Part shown: in pieces, positions 45,883 through 54,963 of the stretch | Layout: each line of letters opens with the position of its first letter | How positions within the stretch are numbered: the stretch's first letter is position 1 | Source of the DNA: a virus | Lineage: Duplodnaviria; Caudoviricetes | Length of the DNA: 64,000 nucleotides | Direction: 5' to 3' (one strand) | Virus record (IMG/VR): IMGVR_UViG_3300036833_000307 | Location: 38,564-102,563 of that record | Notes under the pieces: generated by a model | Databases searched by the model: none | Seen by the model: only the letters and a program-made list of their open reading frames with translations | What the model was told of the DNA's origin: nothing | Program-made: the position numbers and the translations under genes

Positions 45883-46415
45883 TGGACGTGCGTCCAGCTT
45901 TTACGGTTGACGATGGCCGATATACTTAGCGGGTGAATTCCGAACCGCTTCGCAAGAGCGGTAGAATTTCCAGTGTTGTGCTGGTTTGTCCCGCGTACAT
46001 ATAGCTGTCTGATCAACCGAACCTTGGCTTCGGTGAGCTTGGCGCTACCATGATTTTCTCCTCGCGTGCCGCGGCCGCGATCGCGGCCTTTCCGGTACAT
46101 GTCCAGTATGTTGTCGGTATGGGAACCGGCCAGGAGATGAGCGGGATTGCAGCAAGGCGGGTTATCGCAGGAGTGTCGGATAACGATCCCACTGGAAATC
46201 GGACCATTTACCAGTTCGAACGCTATCCGGTGTGCATCGATCTGCCGGTGCCCGCCATGGTCGCAGATAGTCCACTTGCCATAGCCCATTTTGCCATAGC
46301 GGCATTTTTGCCAGAGCCAACATTCATCAGGATGACCGATCGCCACGGCCGCCCAGAACAGAGGTGCGCGGAGGTCTCTGGTCTCGCTGGCGGGCCTCGT
46401 CGGCTTCGTGCTCAT
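45879..46415 (-). CDS. HNH homing endonuclease
   Basis: ECWLW...AHR.AF...RHSCDNPPCCNPAHL..G...DN..DM; GENH..AKLTE. Confidence 0.9.
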   Translation of the reverse strand: MSTKPTRPASETRDLRAPLFWAAVAIGHPDECWLWQKCRYGKMGYGKWTICDHGGHRQIDAHRIAFELVNGPISSGIVIRHSCDNPPCCNPAHLLAGSHTDNILDMYRKGRDRGRGTRGENHGSAKLTEAKVRLIRQLYVRGTNQHNTGNSTALAKRFGIHPLSISAIVNRKSWTHVQ

Positions 46416-46797
46416 CGCTGATCTCTTCGAAGGGATTTCCTTTCTCCTGGCAAACGCTAAGCCAGACCCGGTCGAGCCTCAAGATTATGTCTATTTCGAA
46501 GGGCTCTAGCTCTACCTGTTGTAGTCTGGCCCAGGCGCCGATCTCGCTCCAGGTCAGCGCGGTGATCTCCTTTCGCCCGCGCGAGACCAGGTTGAACCAC
46601 TCGTAGACGTAGAACAGCTGCCGCGGCATGGGTGGCGCCAGCAGTTCGATCTTGTGCGGCTTGCCGGTGAACTTGCGGAACTTTGCGATGGCGTCGGCGA
46701 CTACTCCGCTGCCAGCGGGGCCGGGGAGGGGCTTGTGGAGACGGAACTGGTATCGCGCAAAGCGCTCGACAGCGGCGATGGCGCCGGCAAAAAATTT
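46327..46797 (-). CDS. tail assembly chaperone, frameshifted C-terminal part (gpGT-like)
   Basis: -1 frame after the slippery A AAT TTT; PP.P....YVYEWF....R....LTWSEI.AW..L...L.PFE...I.RLD. Confidence 0.7.
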   Translation of the reverse strand, partial: KFFAGAIAAVERFARYQFRLHKPLPGPAGSGVVADAIAKFRKFTGKPHKIELLAPPMPRQLFYVYEWFNLVSRGRKEITALTWSEIGAWARLQQVELEPFEIDIILRLDRVWLSVCQEKGNPFEEISDEHEADEARQRDQRPPRTSVLGGRGDRSS

Positions 46798-47219
46798 CCG
46801 TTGTTCAGCATGAACTGCACGGCCTGGAAGCGGAGGAACGCGAAACGCTCGTCGGTCCAGAGCTTGCGGGCGTTGTCCTCGGAGTACGGCAGCGGCTCGT
46901 CGGGTGCCAGCTGATCGAAGTTCCAGCCCGCAGTGCAAGCCACCAGGAGCTCGGTGTCGGTCTCGTAGATATGGTCCTGGCTGCGGATCTCGTCGTCGGT
47001 CAGCCGGCGTTCAGCGCGCTTCCGGTTCATCGCCAGCACGGTGTCACGGAAGGCGCGGCTGGTCTGGCCACGGATGGTGATCGAGGCCGGACTGTCGTCA
47101 GCGTTGCGCATCAGTTCGAAGCTGGTGGGATGGCGGATGAACATCTCGGCGCCGTCATTGGCGCGCACCGGCATCACGCTGACCAGGGAGAACCTCGCGT
47201 CGCCGTTGACGGCCATCAC
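46701..47219 (-). CDS. tail assembly chaperone (gpG-like)
   Basis: HP.....I.I.G..S..F; LLVACT.GWN; YS.DNA..L; GNFL slippery site. Confidence 0.8.
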   Translation of the reverse strand: MMAVNGDARFSLVSVMPVRANDGAEMFIRHPTSFELMRNADDSPASITIRGQTSRAFRDTVLAMNRKRAERRLTDDEIRSQDHIYETDTELLVACTAGWNFDQLAPDEPLPYSEDNARKLWTDERFAFLRFQAVQFMLNNGNFLPAPSPLSSALRDTSSVSTSPSPAPLAAE

Positions 47220-47473
47220 TCTTGCCCGGTGCCGTAGCCGTATGGATCGTTCTCGTCGTCGCCGTAACCGTATGGATCATCGCTTTCCGGATCGATCGGC
47301 TCGGCCTCTTCCGGCTCGAAGGCGAGATCGCTCACCTCAGCTTCCAGCGGTTCATCACCAGGATCCTCGACAGTCTCCGGCTCCTCGTAGCCCGGCTCGC
47401 CCGGTTCCGGCACCAGCTCGTACTGACCGATGGCCGGGAACCCGGGCAGCGGGTTTTCACCCGTGCCGCTCAT
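47216..47473 (-). CDS. highly acidic small protein
   Basis: GGAGG RBS; E/D/P-rich; duplicated DPYGYG. Confidence 0.55.
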   Translation of the reverse strand: MSGTGENPLPGFPAIGQYELVPEPGEPGYEEPETVEDPGDEPLEAEVSDLAFEPEEAEPIDPESDDPYGYGDDENDPYGYGTGQE

Positions 47474-47509
47474 GGGGTTTCCCTCCGCGTTGGTGGCGGG
47501 ACTGAACCA

Positions 47510-47716
47510 TCACTCGTCCGTGTGGGCAAGGGCATTGGCTGCCTCGCGGTGCCGGCGCAGGTAGTAGACCATCTCCTCTAGCTTGGTCTTGGCGATCGCG
47601 AGATGCGTCGTCCGGCCGGCCTGGGCGTTGCAGAAGGCCAGCGCCCGGGCCTTGAATTCATCGATGTCGTCGTGGCCGGGCTGGCGGATTGTGCCTCGGC
47701 CGGTGCTGTCGCTCAT
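47510..47716 (-). CDS. small helical protein, Acb2/Tad1-like hairpin candidate
   Basis: HLAIAKTKLEEMVYYL. Confidence 0.45.
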   Translation of the reverse strand: MSDSTGRGTIRQPGHDDIDEFKARALAFCNAQAGRTTHLAIAKTKLEEMVYYLRRHREAANALAHTDE

Positions 47717-47720
47717 GATT

Positions 47721-48344
47721 TCACCAACTTGCAAAGGTCATTGCCGCGCGCTGTAGCGCAGGGCTGATTTGTTCCTCAAAGTGCCGGTTTGGAGCGTCTT
47801 TCCAGCCGATGATCAATACGCCGACGGTTACCGATACGATGGGCGGGACCGCCACGATACAGGCCCGGGTGATGCCGATCTTGCCCTCGGCTTCCCATTC
47901 AGGGGTCTCCGGACTGCCGAGCGGGACGCCGCGGCAGACGACTTCGTTTCTCATGAGGCGGACGACGTCCTCCATCGACTGGCCGTGGTGCAGGATGGAC
48001 TGCTCGCCGACGACCGGGATGAAGGCATTGCCGTCCCGGTCCCAGCCGGCAACGTCCTCGATGATATTGCTGACGAGATCGACATGGGCGAGAACGATAA
48101 TGTCGGCCCTGGTTCGCCGCAGCAGCTCTCGGGCATCGGCGTTGAAGGTATCGATCCGAAGCTTTGGCAGTGAGGCGCTTTCGAAGATGGCCTCGGCGAT
48201 CCGAATCCGCTCAAGCCACGCGAAGTAGCCGAGACCGACGAGGATGACGAGGACAACAACCGTGACGGCCTTCCAGGGGCGATCGATGAACCGCAGGACC
48301 TGGCCGAGTAGCCGCCCGCTCATGCCGTTCATCTTGTCGCCCAA
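47721..48344 (-). CDS. single-TM protein with GAF-like soluble domain (possible T4-type holin)
   Basis: N-terminal TM KAVTVVVLVILVGLGYFAW; two Cys and VPP....GVL.IGW. Confidence 0.5.
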   Translation of the reverse strand: MGDKMNGMSGRLLGQVLRFIDRPWKAVTVVVLVILVGLGYFAWLERIRIAEAIFESASLPKLRIDTFNADARELLRRTRADIIVLAHVDLVSNIIEDVAGWDRDGNAFIPVVGEQSILHHGQSMEDVVRLMRNEVVCRGVPLGSPETPEWEAEGKIGITRACIVAVPPIVSVTVGVLIIGWKDAPNRHFEEQISPALQRAAMTFASW

Positions 48345-48653
48345 TCACGACCGTCCTGGCCGCGCGCGAACGTCGTCGGTGGGCGCCAGTTGGTTGATCT
48401 CCTCGATCGAGAGCGGCTTGCGCCAGTTCACCGAGATCGGCCGCCGCCCGATCGCCGCGATCGCCACCTCGTCCGGCAGGACCTCCTCGAACAGCGGATC
48501 GTCAGTGGTGCCGAGATGACGCATGATGCGGTCGCGGACATGCTCGACACGGCGCCGGATGGTCGGGCTCCAACGGAGCACCGGCAAGGGGGCTTCCGGA
48601 CGTTGAACCGCAAGGCTCAACTGCCATAACGGGCGCCCCCCCGCGTAGCGCAT
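48345..48653 (-). CDS. hypothetical protein
   Basis: 102-aa ORF in operon. Confidence 0.5.
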   Translation of the reverse strand: MRYAGGRPLWQLSLAVQRPEAPLPVLRWSPTIRRRVEHVRDRIMRHLGTTDDPLFEEVLPDEVAIAAIGRRPISVNWRKPLSIEEINQLAPTDDVRARPGRS

Positions 48654-48894
48654 TCATTCCATTCCGAGATTGACAGTGAGGCAGGCGGAGAGATCACGTT
48701 CCTCCAGCCAGTAATGGCCGCCGATGATCTGGCGCTCAGGATCGTAGACCGGATGGGCGAGGGCGAAGCGGGCATGGACGTGCATCGGGTGCGCTCCTGT
48801 GGTCTGCTGGCGCATGGAACCGTGGCTGCTGGTGCTGCTGGCCTTCCTGATCGGCTGCCTGATCGGTGCCGGCGGGATGGCATTATACGGCATG
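48654..48894 (-). CDS. hypothetical protein (start uncertain)
   Basis: fills the gap in the minus-strand operon. Confidence 0.35.
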
Positions 48895-48931
48895 GTTGAC
48901 CGGCCACACTGGTGGCATCGGTACTGACCAC

Positions 48932-51010
48932 TCAAGTCACCAAGACCTGCGGGTTGACCCAAACGGTGGCCGCGAGCCTGCCCAGCCGCACTTGAGCGCG
49001 CAGGCGGCCGGCTTGCTGCGGCGTAAAAACCACCTGTAGGTGTTGGACGGTTGGTGGAAAACCCGACGTGAAGCCCGCCGGCACGGCGCCTGAGAAGGCG
49101 CTCCCGCCGAAGTTGGCGGTGGCATTCAAGCCCGCGGTGCTGGCGGCGTTGGCGAATAGTCCGAATAAGGGCAGCAAGGAGGACTGGATCGAGACGATGG
49201 ATAGGCCGCCGACACCGGTCGCCGGATTAGCTGTACCGCTGGCGTTCCAGTTGCCGGAGGGTGCGACACGAAACCAGATGAGGCTGTTGGTGAGATCGAC
49301 CGCAACGGCGATAACGTCGCCGTTCGCTCGGACACCGAGGTTGGCTGTTGTTTGATTGACGCCGTTGATCCAGACGTTGCCGTTGCCTCCTTGGACGAAG
49401 GCGGCGTTGAATGGGGAGGCTCCCACCGTTCCGAGAGCAGCATTAGGGTTGGCAACCCCAACGCCTATGCTGGTGGTCCAATTGGTGCAGCTGTATTCGA
49501 AGTAGTATTTGCCCGACGTTTGTCCTGCCGTAGTGCGGACCGCGCCCGTCGCGGCGCCAGTTGTCGCCGTAAGGTTGTTTGTTCCGCTCAAGGTGATGTT
49601 CAACAGGTCGGCTGGGTTCCATGTTAGCAGCGGTGGGTTGTTCCACGCCGCTGTCGATGTCGGCAGCGCCGCGAGCGCGGTCAGTGCGGACGGCAGGCTG
49701 AAGCCGAATGCCGCCAGCGACGAGCCAGCGGTTGCCTGATATTCTAGCGCAAGACTGATATCGATGTTGTTCAGCGTGGCTAACGAGAGGATCTCGATCG
49801 TTGCGGTGCGGAGTGTGCCGACCAGCGTGTTCTCAACGTCGAACCAGAAGGTGTCGAGTGTGCCGACCCAAGGGCCGACGTTGGTGTTCGATACCAACTT
49901 CAGGGAATAGAGACCAACGTCGTCCTGGGCGCCTCCGACCATTGTGACGGTGGTGTCGGTGTTGATGTCGCCATAGGCTGTGTGGCGCTCGGAGAAGATG
50001 TGCGTGCCGTCGTAGCAGTTGACTAGTTCGATTTCGTCCTGCAAACCGCCGGACCCTGGTCCGCCGTAACGTGTGACGCTTGGTGCGATCCGGCAGCTAT
50101 CCAGCAGTACTTTTTGCGTAGCAGTGTTGCCCGGAGTTGCTACCAGGGCCGTGGTGAGGGCGCTTAAATCAACCCCGCGGCAGGTGACTGCCGGCGTGAA
50201 GAGCGAGAATAGACTAGTCGGAAAGGTTGCGCCCTGGAGGGCCGCCGATGTGTTGAGCCAAGAAAAATCCAACAGATAGCTGGTGGATTGAATTCCCTGG
50301 CTGGCGGCGCCGAATTGCACTGTGGTGTTGTCGAAGACAACGTGTCCAGGATTGTTGAAATGAATGCCTAAGGCGGTAGCGCCGAGGATAATCGAGCAGT
50401 TCTTTAGGTAGTTGGTTTTGACGCCGAAGTTGTTGAAAGCGAATGTCCCGGTCCCGCTGAGGTTGAAGGTAATCCCCTGCCAATAGTTGTTGACGTAAGC
50501 ATCAATATAGAGGGTGGCGGTGGTTGTTCCGATTATGCTTGCCCCCGACAGTTGGTCGGCCGCCGCTGGTGGCACGCTGCCGGCTCGGTTAACCGAGATA
50601 ACCTCGATAACGCCTGGTGCCGGAGTGCTAAAGCCGTAGGTGCTGCCGCCCGACGTGGTGGTTTCTGAATGGTCGCTCGATAGAAATGCCCTATCCCCCG
50701 CCACAAAGCGGTTGTTGCCGCCGTTGCCGAGGCTGACCAGGCTTCCCGCCGCTGCACCCCAGCCGTAGGCCGATTGGCCCGAGACGTTGGCGAACGTGGC
50801 GCCGCCGGAGGCGATGGTGACGTTGTTGCCAACAGGCCAAGCTGGTTCGGTAGCTGCCGACGTGCCCGCTACCGTGCAGCGAAACACATACATCGCGTTA
50901 ACCGCCTGGGCCGTGAGCGGGCGAATGATCTGCCCGACGGTATAGGCAGTCGAGATGGCGAACTGCGGAAGCGCTGCGTAAGCCGCACTCGAAACGAACC
51001 AGTCGGCCAT
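48932..51010 (-). CDS. tail-associated protein (beta-helix-like) with inserted SPRY-like domain
   Basis: GGAGG RBS; N-terminal YTVGQIIRP..FRC..AGTS..TEP.WP module; SPRY-like block 49052-49627. Confidence 0.7.
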   Translation of the reverse strand: MADWFVSSAAYAALPQFAISTAYTVGQIIRPLTAQAVNAMYVFRCTVAGTSAATEPAWPVGNNVTIASGGATFANVSGQSAYGWGAAAGSLVSLGNGGNNRFVAGDRAFLSSDHSETTTSGGSTYGFSTPAPGVIEVISVNRAGSVPPAAADQLSGASIIGTTTATLYIDAYVNNYWQGITFNLSGTGTFAFNNFGVKTNYLKNCSIILGATALGIHFNNPGHVVFDNTTVQFGAASQGIQSTSYLLDFSWLNTSAALQGATFPTSLFSLFTPAVTCRGVDLSALTTALVATPGNTATQKVLLDSCRIAPSVTRYGGPGSGGLQDEIELVNCYDGTHIFSERHTAYGDINTDTTVTMVGGAQDDVGLYSLKLVSNTNVGPWVGTLDTFWFDVENTLVGTLRTATIEILSLATLNNIDISLALEYQATAGSSLAAFGFSLPSALTALAALPTSTAAWNNPPLLTWNPADLLNITLSGTNNLTATTGAATGAVRTTAGQTSGKYYFEYSCTNWTTSIGVGVANPNAALGTVGASPFNAAFVQGGNGNVWINGVNQTTANLGVRANGDVIAVAVDLTNSLIWFRVAPSGNWNASGTANPATGVGGLSIVSIQSSLLPLFGLFANAASTAGLNATANFGGSAFSGAVPAGFTSGFPPTVQHLQVVFTPQQAGRLRAQVRLGRLAATVWVNPQVLVT

Positions 51011-51051
51011 GTCTCAGACCTCCCGCGCGGCCCGGCTGCGTCAGACCGGGC

Positions 51052-52254
51052 TCAGGCGAGACTGTCCTGGATCATGAAGGTGCTCATGACGCCGTTCGGC
51101 TCGAAGGTGACGTTCTCCAAAGCGGTGAAGTTGAAGGTCTGGATCAGCGCCATGTCGCTATCCGATTTGGTCGAGCCCATCAGCTTCACCCTGGGCATGA
51201 CGAAGTTCATGAAATCGGCGCTCGGCCCCGAACCCATAGTTAGCATGAGGGTGACGGCCACCTCGGTCTCGTTCAGGAACGTGTTGAACATCACCTCGTC
51301 CATGAACAAGGCGGTCATGTTGCCGGTGACGCGGAAGCGACCCTGAAAGATATGCGGCACGATGTTCGACCCGACCACCGGATCGGCGCCCAAGGCGCCG
51401 TTCAGCTGGATGTTCATGCCGGTGATGATGGCGACATCGGCATTGTTGTATTCGACCAAGCCGTTCACCGCGGCGAGTGAGGTCGAGGTCGTGGTCGGTG
51501 CCGGCGAGGTCAGCTGCTGGGTGAGCGACTGGATCATGTTCATGCCGATCACCTGCGAGGAAAAAGTGACCAGGCCAGTGGCCGGCAGCGCGATCGCAGT
51601 CTGCCCGAATTTGCAGCCGACGAACAGTTCACTTTGGCCGATGTCGGAGAAGTAGTGCTCGATCGAGTAGCTCTTGTAGAGCGCGCCGATCGGCGGCATC
51701 GATATCTTCCTGCCGACCACCGAGACGGTGATACCGGCGAGCGATCCCGCCGTGAGACCAATGATCTTGCTGATGTCACGGCTAGTGATCACCGTATCGG
51801 TCAGCGTGTTGATCCTGAGGTTGACGGTATTGATCGCGGCATTCGGCGCTCCCGCCCCGCTGATCCGGAACACGTCATGGCGCTTGAAGCCGGCGGCGAG
51901 CAGGCCGCCTGCGCCCAGCGTCAGCGTGCCGGCCACCGGATCGAGCGTGAAAGTGGATGGCCCCATGGTCACGCCGGCGGCAAAGTTATTGCGCAGGATG
52001 CCCTGCCAGAAGTCGTTGAACGACCCGGGCGAGACCTGGCCGGCGAAGGTGCCCTGCGGGCGGTGCACGCCATGGCGGGCGTCACGGATCTGCTGGGAGA
52101 CCAGGATTTCCTGGCTCTCGTAGGTATCCTTGTTCATCGCCAGGTCGGAGGACACGCGCCGAAGGTATTTGCCGCCGGTGATCGGGTTGGTGCCTTCTGC
52201 CGTCTCTTCGGCGATGGCTACTTGTTTTGCTACGCCAGTTGCGAATGTCGGCAT
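51052..52254 (-). CDS. major tail tube protein
   Basis: LRRVSS.L...KD.Y.S.EI...Q..DARHG; SYSIEH; position between neck and chaperone genes. Confidence 0.85.
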   Translation of the reverse strand: MPTFATGVAKQVAIAEETAEGTNPITGGKYLRRVSSDLAMNKDTYESQEILVSQQIRDARHGVHRPQGTFAGQVSPGSFNDFWQGILRNNFAAGVTMGPSTFTLDPVAGTLTLGAGGLLAAGFKRHDVFRISGAGAPNAAINTVNLRINTLTDTVITSRDISKIIGLTAGSLAGITVSVVGRKISMPPIGALYKSYSIEHYFSDIGQSELFVGCKFGQTAIALPATGLVTFSSQVIGMNMIQSLTQQLTSPAPTTTSTSLAAVNGLVEYNNADVAIITGMNIQLNGALGADPVVGSNIVPHIFQGRFRVTGNMTALFMDEVMFNTFLNETEVAVTLMLTMGSGPSADFMNFVMPRVKLMGSTKSDSDMALIQTFNFTALENVTFEPNGVMSTFMIQDSLA

Positions 52255-52266
52255 CGCCTGTCTCCG

Positions 52267-52701
52267 TCAGCTAGGGGGCTCGTGGGCGAACCAGGAAACT
52301 TGCACCGGCAAATTGATCCAGTCGTTCCATGGCACCGCCGCCGGCACGGTGACCGCGACGACGATGACCAAGACCCCCTGCGGGGTGGTGACCGAGTGGC
52401 CGCGCGGGTAGGCTGCCAGCACGGCGCTGGCGATTTCGTTCTGCAGCCGCGTACCGGTATCGCGCGGCACCATGACGCTGACCTGGAACGTTCCGGTCCA
52501 TTCCTGAACGGCGTCGGCACCGACGCCCATCGGCCGGCGCAGGCGGGCCGCCATTTCGGGACGGATATAGGGCCGTCCCTTGGCCGGAACGTACGTCTTC
52601 TCTGGCCACGCGATCTGCGTGTCAGGGTTGATACCTGGAATGCTCGCGGCTGCCAGCAGGCTGTTCAGCACGTCATCGAAAAATCTGAGTTGGATGCTCA
52701 T
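52267..52701 (-). CDS. tail terminator protein
   Basis: start MSIQL at 52701; IAWP...Y.P....YIR; G.FQVSV..P..G. Confidence 0.75.
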   Translation of the reverse strand: MSIQLRFFDDVLNSLLAAASIPGINPDTQIAWPEKTYVPAKGRPYIRPEMAARLRRPMGVGADAVQEWTGTFQVSVMVPRDTGTRLQNEIASAVLAAYPRGHSVTTPQGVLVIVVAVTVPAAVPWNDWINLPVQVSWFAHEPPS

Positions 52702-52710
52702 GGGATGGCT

Positions 52711-52849
52711 GGCGGGCGCCGTAGCGCCCGCCCCGTGCCATGCCTTGCCAGGCTTGCCACACCGAGCCCCGCCCAGCCACGCCGCGTCTTGTCGCGCCGG
52801 GCCCTGCCACGACACATAGAAGTGTGCCTAGTTTTACTCATCGCGTCAA
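52711..52849 (-). ncRNA. promoter-pentamer repeat-hairpin unit E6
   Basis: minus strand: TTGACG-N17-CACACT; pentamers about 52812-52733; 9-bp hairpin 52732-52711. Confidence 0.7.
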
Positions 52850-53265
52850 CCTGGCGCCTGCTGGTAGCGCGCGAGCACCCGCTCGGCGATCACCGGCAGC
52901 TCGGCCAGGGCTTGTTCCAGCATGTGAGCGCCCTGCTGGTGGTAGTGCCGGCCGAGGCTGTCCTCGCCAACGAAGCCATAATTTATGCGCCTTGCGTAAC
53001 GGGTCGGGTTGATGATCGTGATGCGGTCGGCCGGCGTCAAACCGGCCAGCGCGGCCTGCGGATCCGGCACCGCGCCGGCCACCGGAATGGCATCGCCGGC
53101 CTTGATCACCGTCCAGTTCGAACGGAGAAAGCCGGTATCCACCGGGGTTAGTTCCTTCACCCGGTTCACCAGTTCGACGGCGATCGCGATGCGGATTTCC
53201 TGCGCCTGTGACCGCCGGCGGTTCACCCATCGTTCGACGGAAATTGAGAAGTCGGCGGGCGGCAT
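52846..53265 (-). CDS. HK97 gp10-like tail completion protein
   Basis: TPVDTGFLRSNW; N...YA....YG. Confidence 0.85.
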   Translation of the reverse strand: MPPADFSISVERWVNRRRSQAQEIRIAIAVELVNRVKELTPVDTGFLRSNWTVIKAGDAIPVAGAVPDPQAALAGLTPADRITIINPTRYARRINYGFVGEDSLGRHYHQQGAHMLEQALAELPVIAERVLARYQQAPG

Positions 53266-53268
53266 GCA

Positions 53269-53973
53269 TCAGCGGGCCTGGATCTGCAAGGAAAAGGTGG
53301 TGCCGGCAATCGCCCGGCGGTTCACCGTCATGATCGAGCGGATGTCGGTGCCGCCAGAAAAGATGATCTGGTCGTTGACCTTGGGCAGCGGTTCCTCGAG
53401 GCCGTGGCCGGCGAGCTCCACGCCGATGCTGTCGACCTCGATCCAGCCCATCTGGACCATCTTCTCGCGGCTCATCTGCATGCCGTAGACCTGTTGGTCA
53501 GCGGCGAAGTCGATGTCCTCGATCGGGGTGCCGATCAGGGTCGTGGGATCGGCGATGCCGGAGACCGCAACCACCGGGAAGCTGTTGTCGTCGGCCAGCG
53601 TGTCGGAATGATAGATCAGTGGCGTGCCGACCACTGGATTGCCGTTGGCGTCGGTCTCCGGGATGCCGTCGGTATCGGTCGCGACGAAGTTCGGCATGGT
53701 GAGCACGGTCAGCACCAGGGTGGCGGGCGCGGGAAAGCTGATCTGATCGCCTGGCACCAGGCGTCCGGTGACGGTCGAGCCCTGGATACCGATGAACGCC
53801 TGACCGTTGGTGATGGAAGCCGCGGTGATGGTGAGGTCAGCGGACAGATCGGGCGGATTGCGGAACGGCTCCGGGCCATTGAGCATCGAGACGCTGCGCA
53901 CGGTGATCGGCTCGCCGCGCTGCTTCATGCGCGCCTCGACCCGGTTTTGCACATAGCGGTTACGGCAGACCAT
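53269..53973 (-). CDS. putative head closure (stopper) protein
   Basis: position in the neck module; P.VND.I and LQIQAR C-terminus. Confidence 0.55.
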   Translation of the reverse strand: MVCRNRYVQNRVEARMKQRGEPITVRSVSMLNGPEPFRNPPDLSADLTITAASITNGQAFIGIQGSTVTGRLVPGDQISFPAPATLVLTVLTMPNFVATDTDGIPETDANGNPVVGTPLIYHSDTLADDNSFPVVAVSGIADPTTLIGTPIEDIDFAADQQVYGMQMSREKMVQMGWIEVDSIGVELAGHGLEEPLPKVNDQIIFSGGTDIRSIMTVNRRAIAGTTFSLQIQAR

Positions 53974-53982
53974 CGCCAGGCC

Positions 53983-54630
53983 TCATGGCGTGTAGCCGAT
54001 GTAGGGATCGAGCAGAAAGCGGGCGCCAGGCGGCACAGCGCCTACGCCGGTGGGATAGAACTGGCCGGAGAATACTCCGATGGTGCTTTCCGCGGCCAGG
54101 TTGGGGTCGGCGGCCTGGGCGTTCCAGATTGCCGAGCCGGTCAATTTTAGCGCCGTATAGATCGACGTAGGCAGGCCGGTGCCGGCGAACCAGTTGCTGG
54201 AGATCGGGTCGGGCGGGGTGCCAATCGGGTAGCCCGCGAGATAGCTGACCAGGATGTTTGGCACGCCATTCCAGGGCCGCGGCAGTCTGCCATAACCGGC
54301 AAACCGCAGCTTGCGGGTCACGTTCGCATCGTCAATCACCCAGCCGGTGTTGTTGGGGTTGCCGAAGTTCGCCATGTTGAAAGCCGGGATCGGGCCAATT
54401 CCGCTGATCTGCACCGAGGCGATGCTGATCACCGGCCAGTTCTCCAGCATGATGTAATCGGTGTTGTTGGTGCTGTAGACCTCGTTGTAGGTACGCTGTT
54501 CGAGATCGCGCTTGAGGTAATCGCGCACTGCGCTGGTGGCCGCGTCGGCCAGCGCCTGCGCCGTCGGGTCATCGACGGTATCGTCGCAGAGATAGGCCTT
54601 CATATCGGCTGAGCTGATCCAACTGGTCAT
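53983..54630 (-). CDS. head-tail connector/adaptor protein
   Basis: KAYL; YL.R.L....Y.E; WPVISI.SV; Y.AGY; LLDPY. Confidence 0.8.
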   Translation of the reverse strand: MTSWISSADMKAYLCDDTVDDPTAQALADAATSAVRDYLKRDLEQRTYNEVYSTNNTDYIMLENWPVISIASVQISGIGPIPAFNMANFGNPNNTGWVIDDANVTRKLRFAGYGRLPRPWNGVPNILVSYLAGYPIGTPPDPISSNWFAGTGLPTSIYTALKLTGSAIWNAQAADPNLAAESTIGVFSGQFYPTGVGAVPPGARFLLDPYIGYTP

Positions 54631-54631
54631 C

Positions 54632-54886
54632 TCAGCTTGCGGCTCCCTCCTTCGCTGACGGCCGGCGCGAAGCCTGGGCTTTGGCGGCCTCGGCCTTCTC
54701 GGCCATGGCTTGGGCTTCGGCCGGATCGACCTTAACTGCTCCGCGCACGACTTCGAGATCGTGGATCAGGTTTGGGGTCAGCATCTCGACCTCGAGCAGC
54801 CCGGACGCCGGATTGACCTTGTGTTCGAAGCCGTCGACCGAGATCGAGGTGATGTCAGGGTTGGATAGCCGGTAGAACATGGGCAT
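54632..54886 (-). CDS. hypothetical protein following the capsid gene
   Basis: start MPMFY after GGAG. Confidence 0.55.
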   Translation of the reverse strand: MPMFYRLSNPDITSISVDGFEHKVNPASGLLEVEMLTPNLIHDLEVVRGAVKVDPAEAQAMAEKAEAAKAQASRRPSAKEGAAS

Positions 54887-54963
54887 TGGGCTTGGCTCCG
54901 TGGCGGATCTGGCGGGGAAGAAGGGGGAGGAAACCGCTCCTCCCCGCCAAACCCTAATCGCGT

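Noticed and set aside
38631-46415. Group I introns carrying the HNH genes
   Set aside because: Both HNH ORFs overlap neighbouring start/stop codons directly, leaving no room for intron structure, and the flanking genes look intact.
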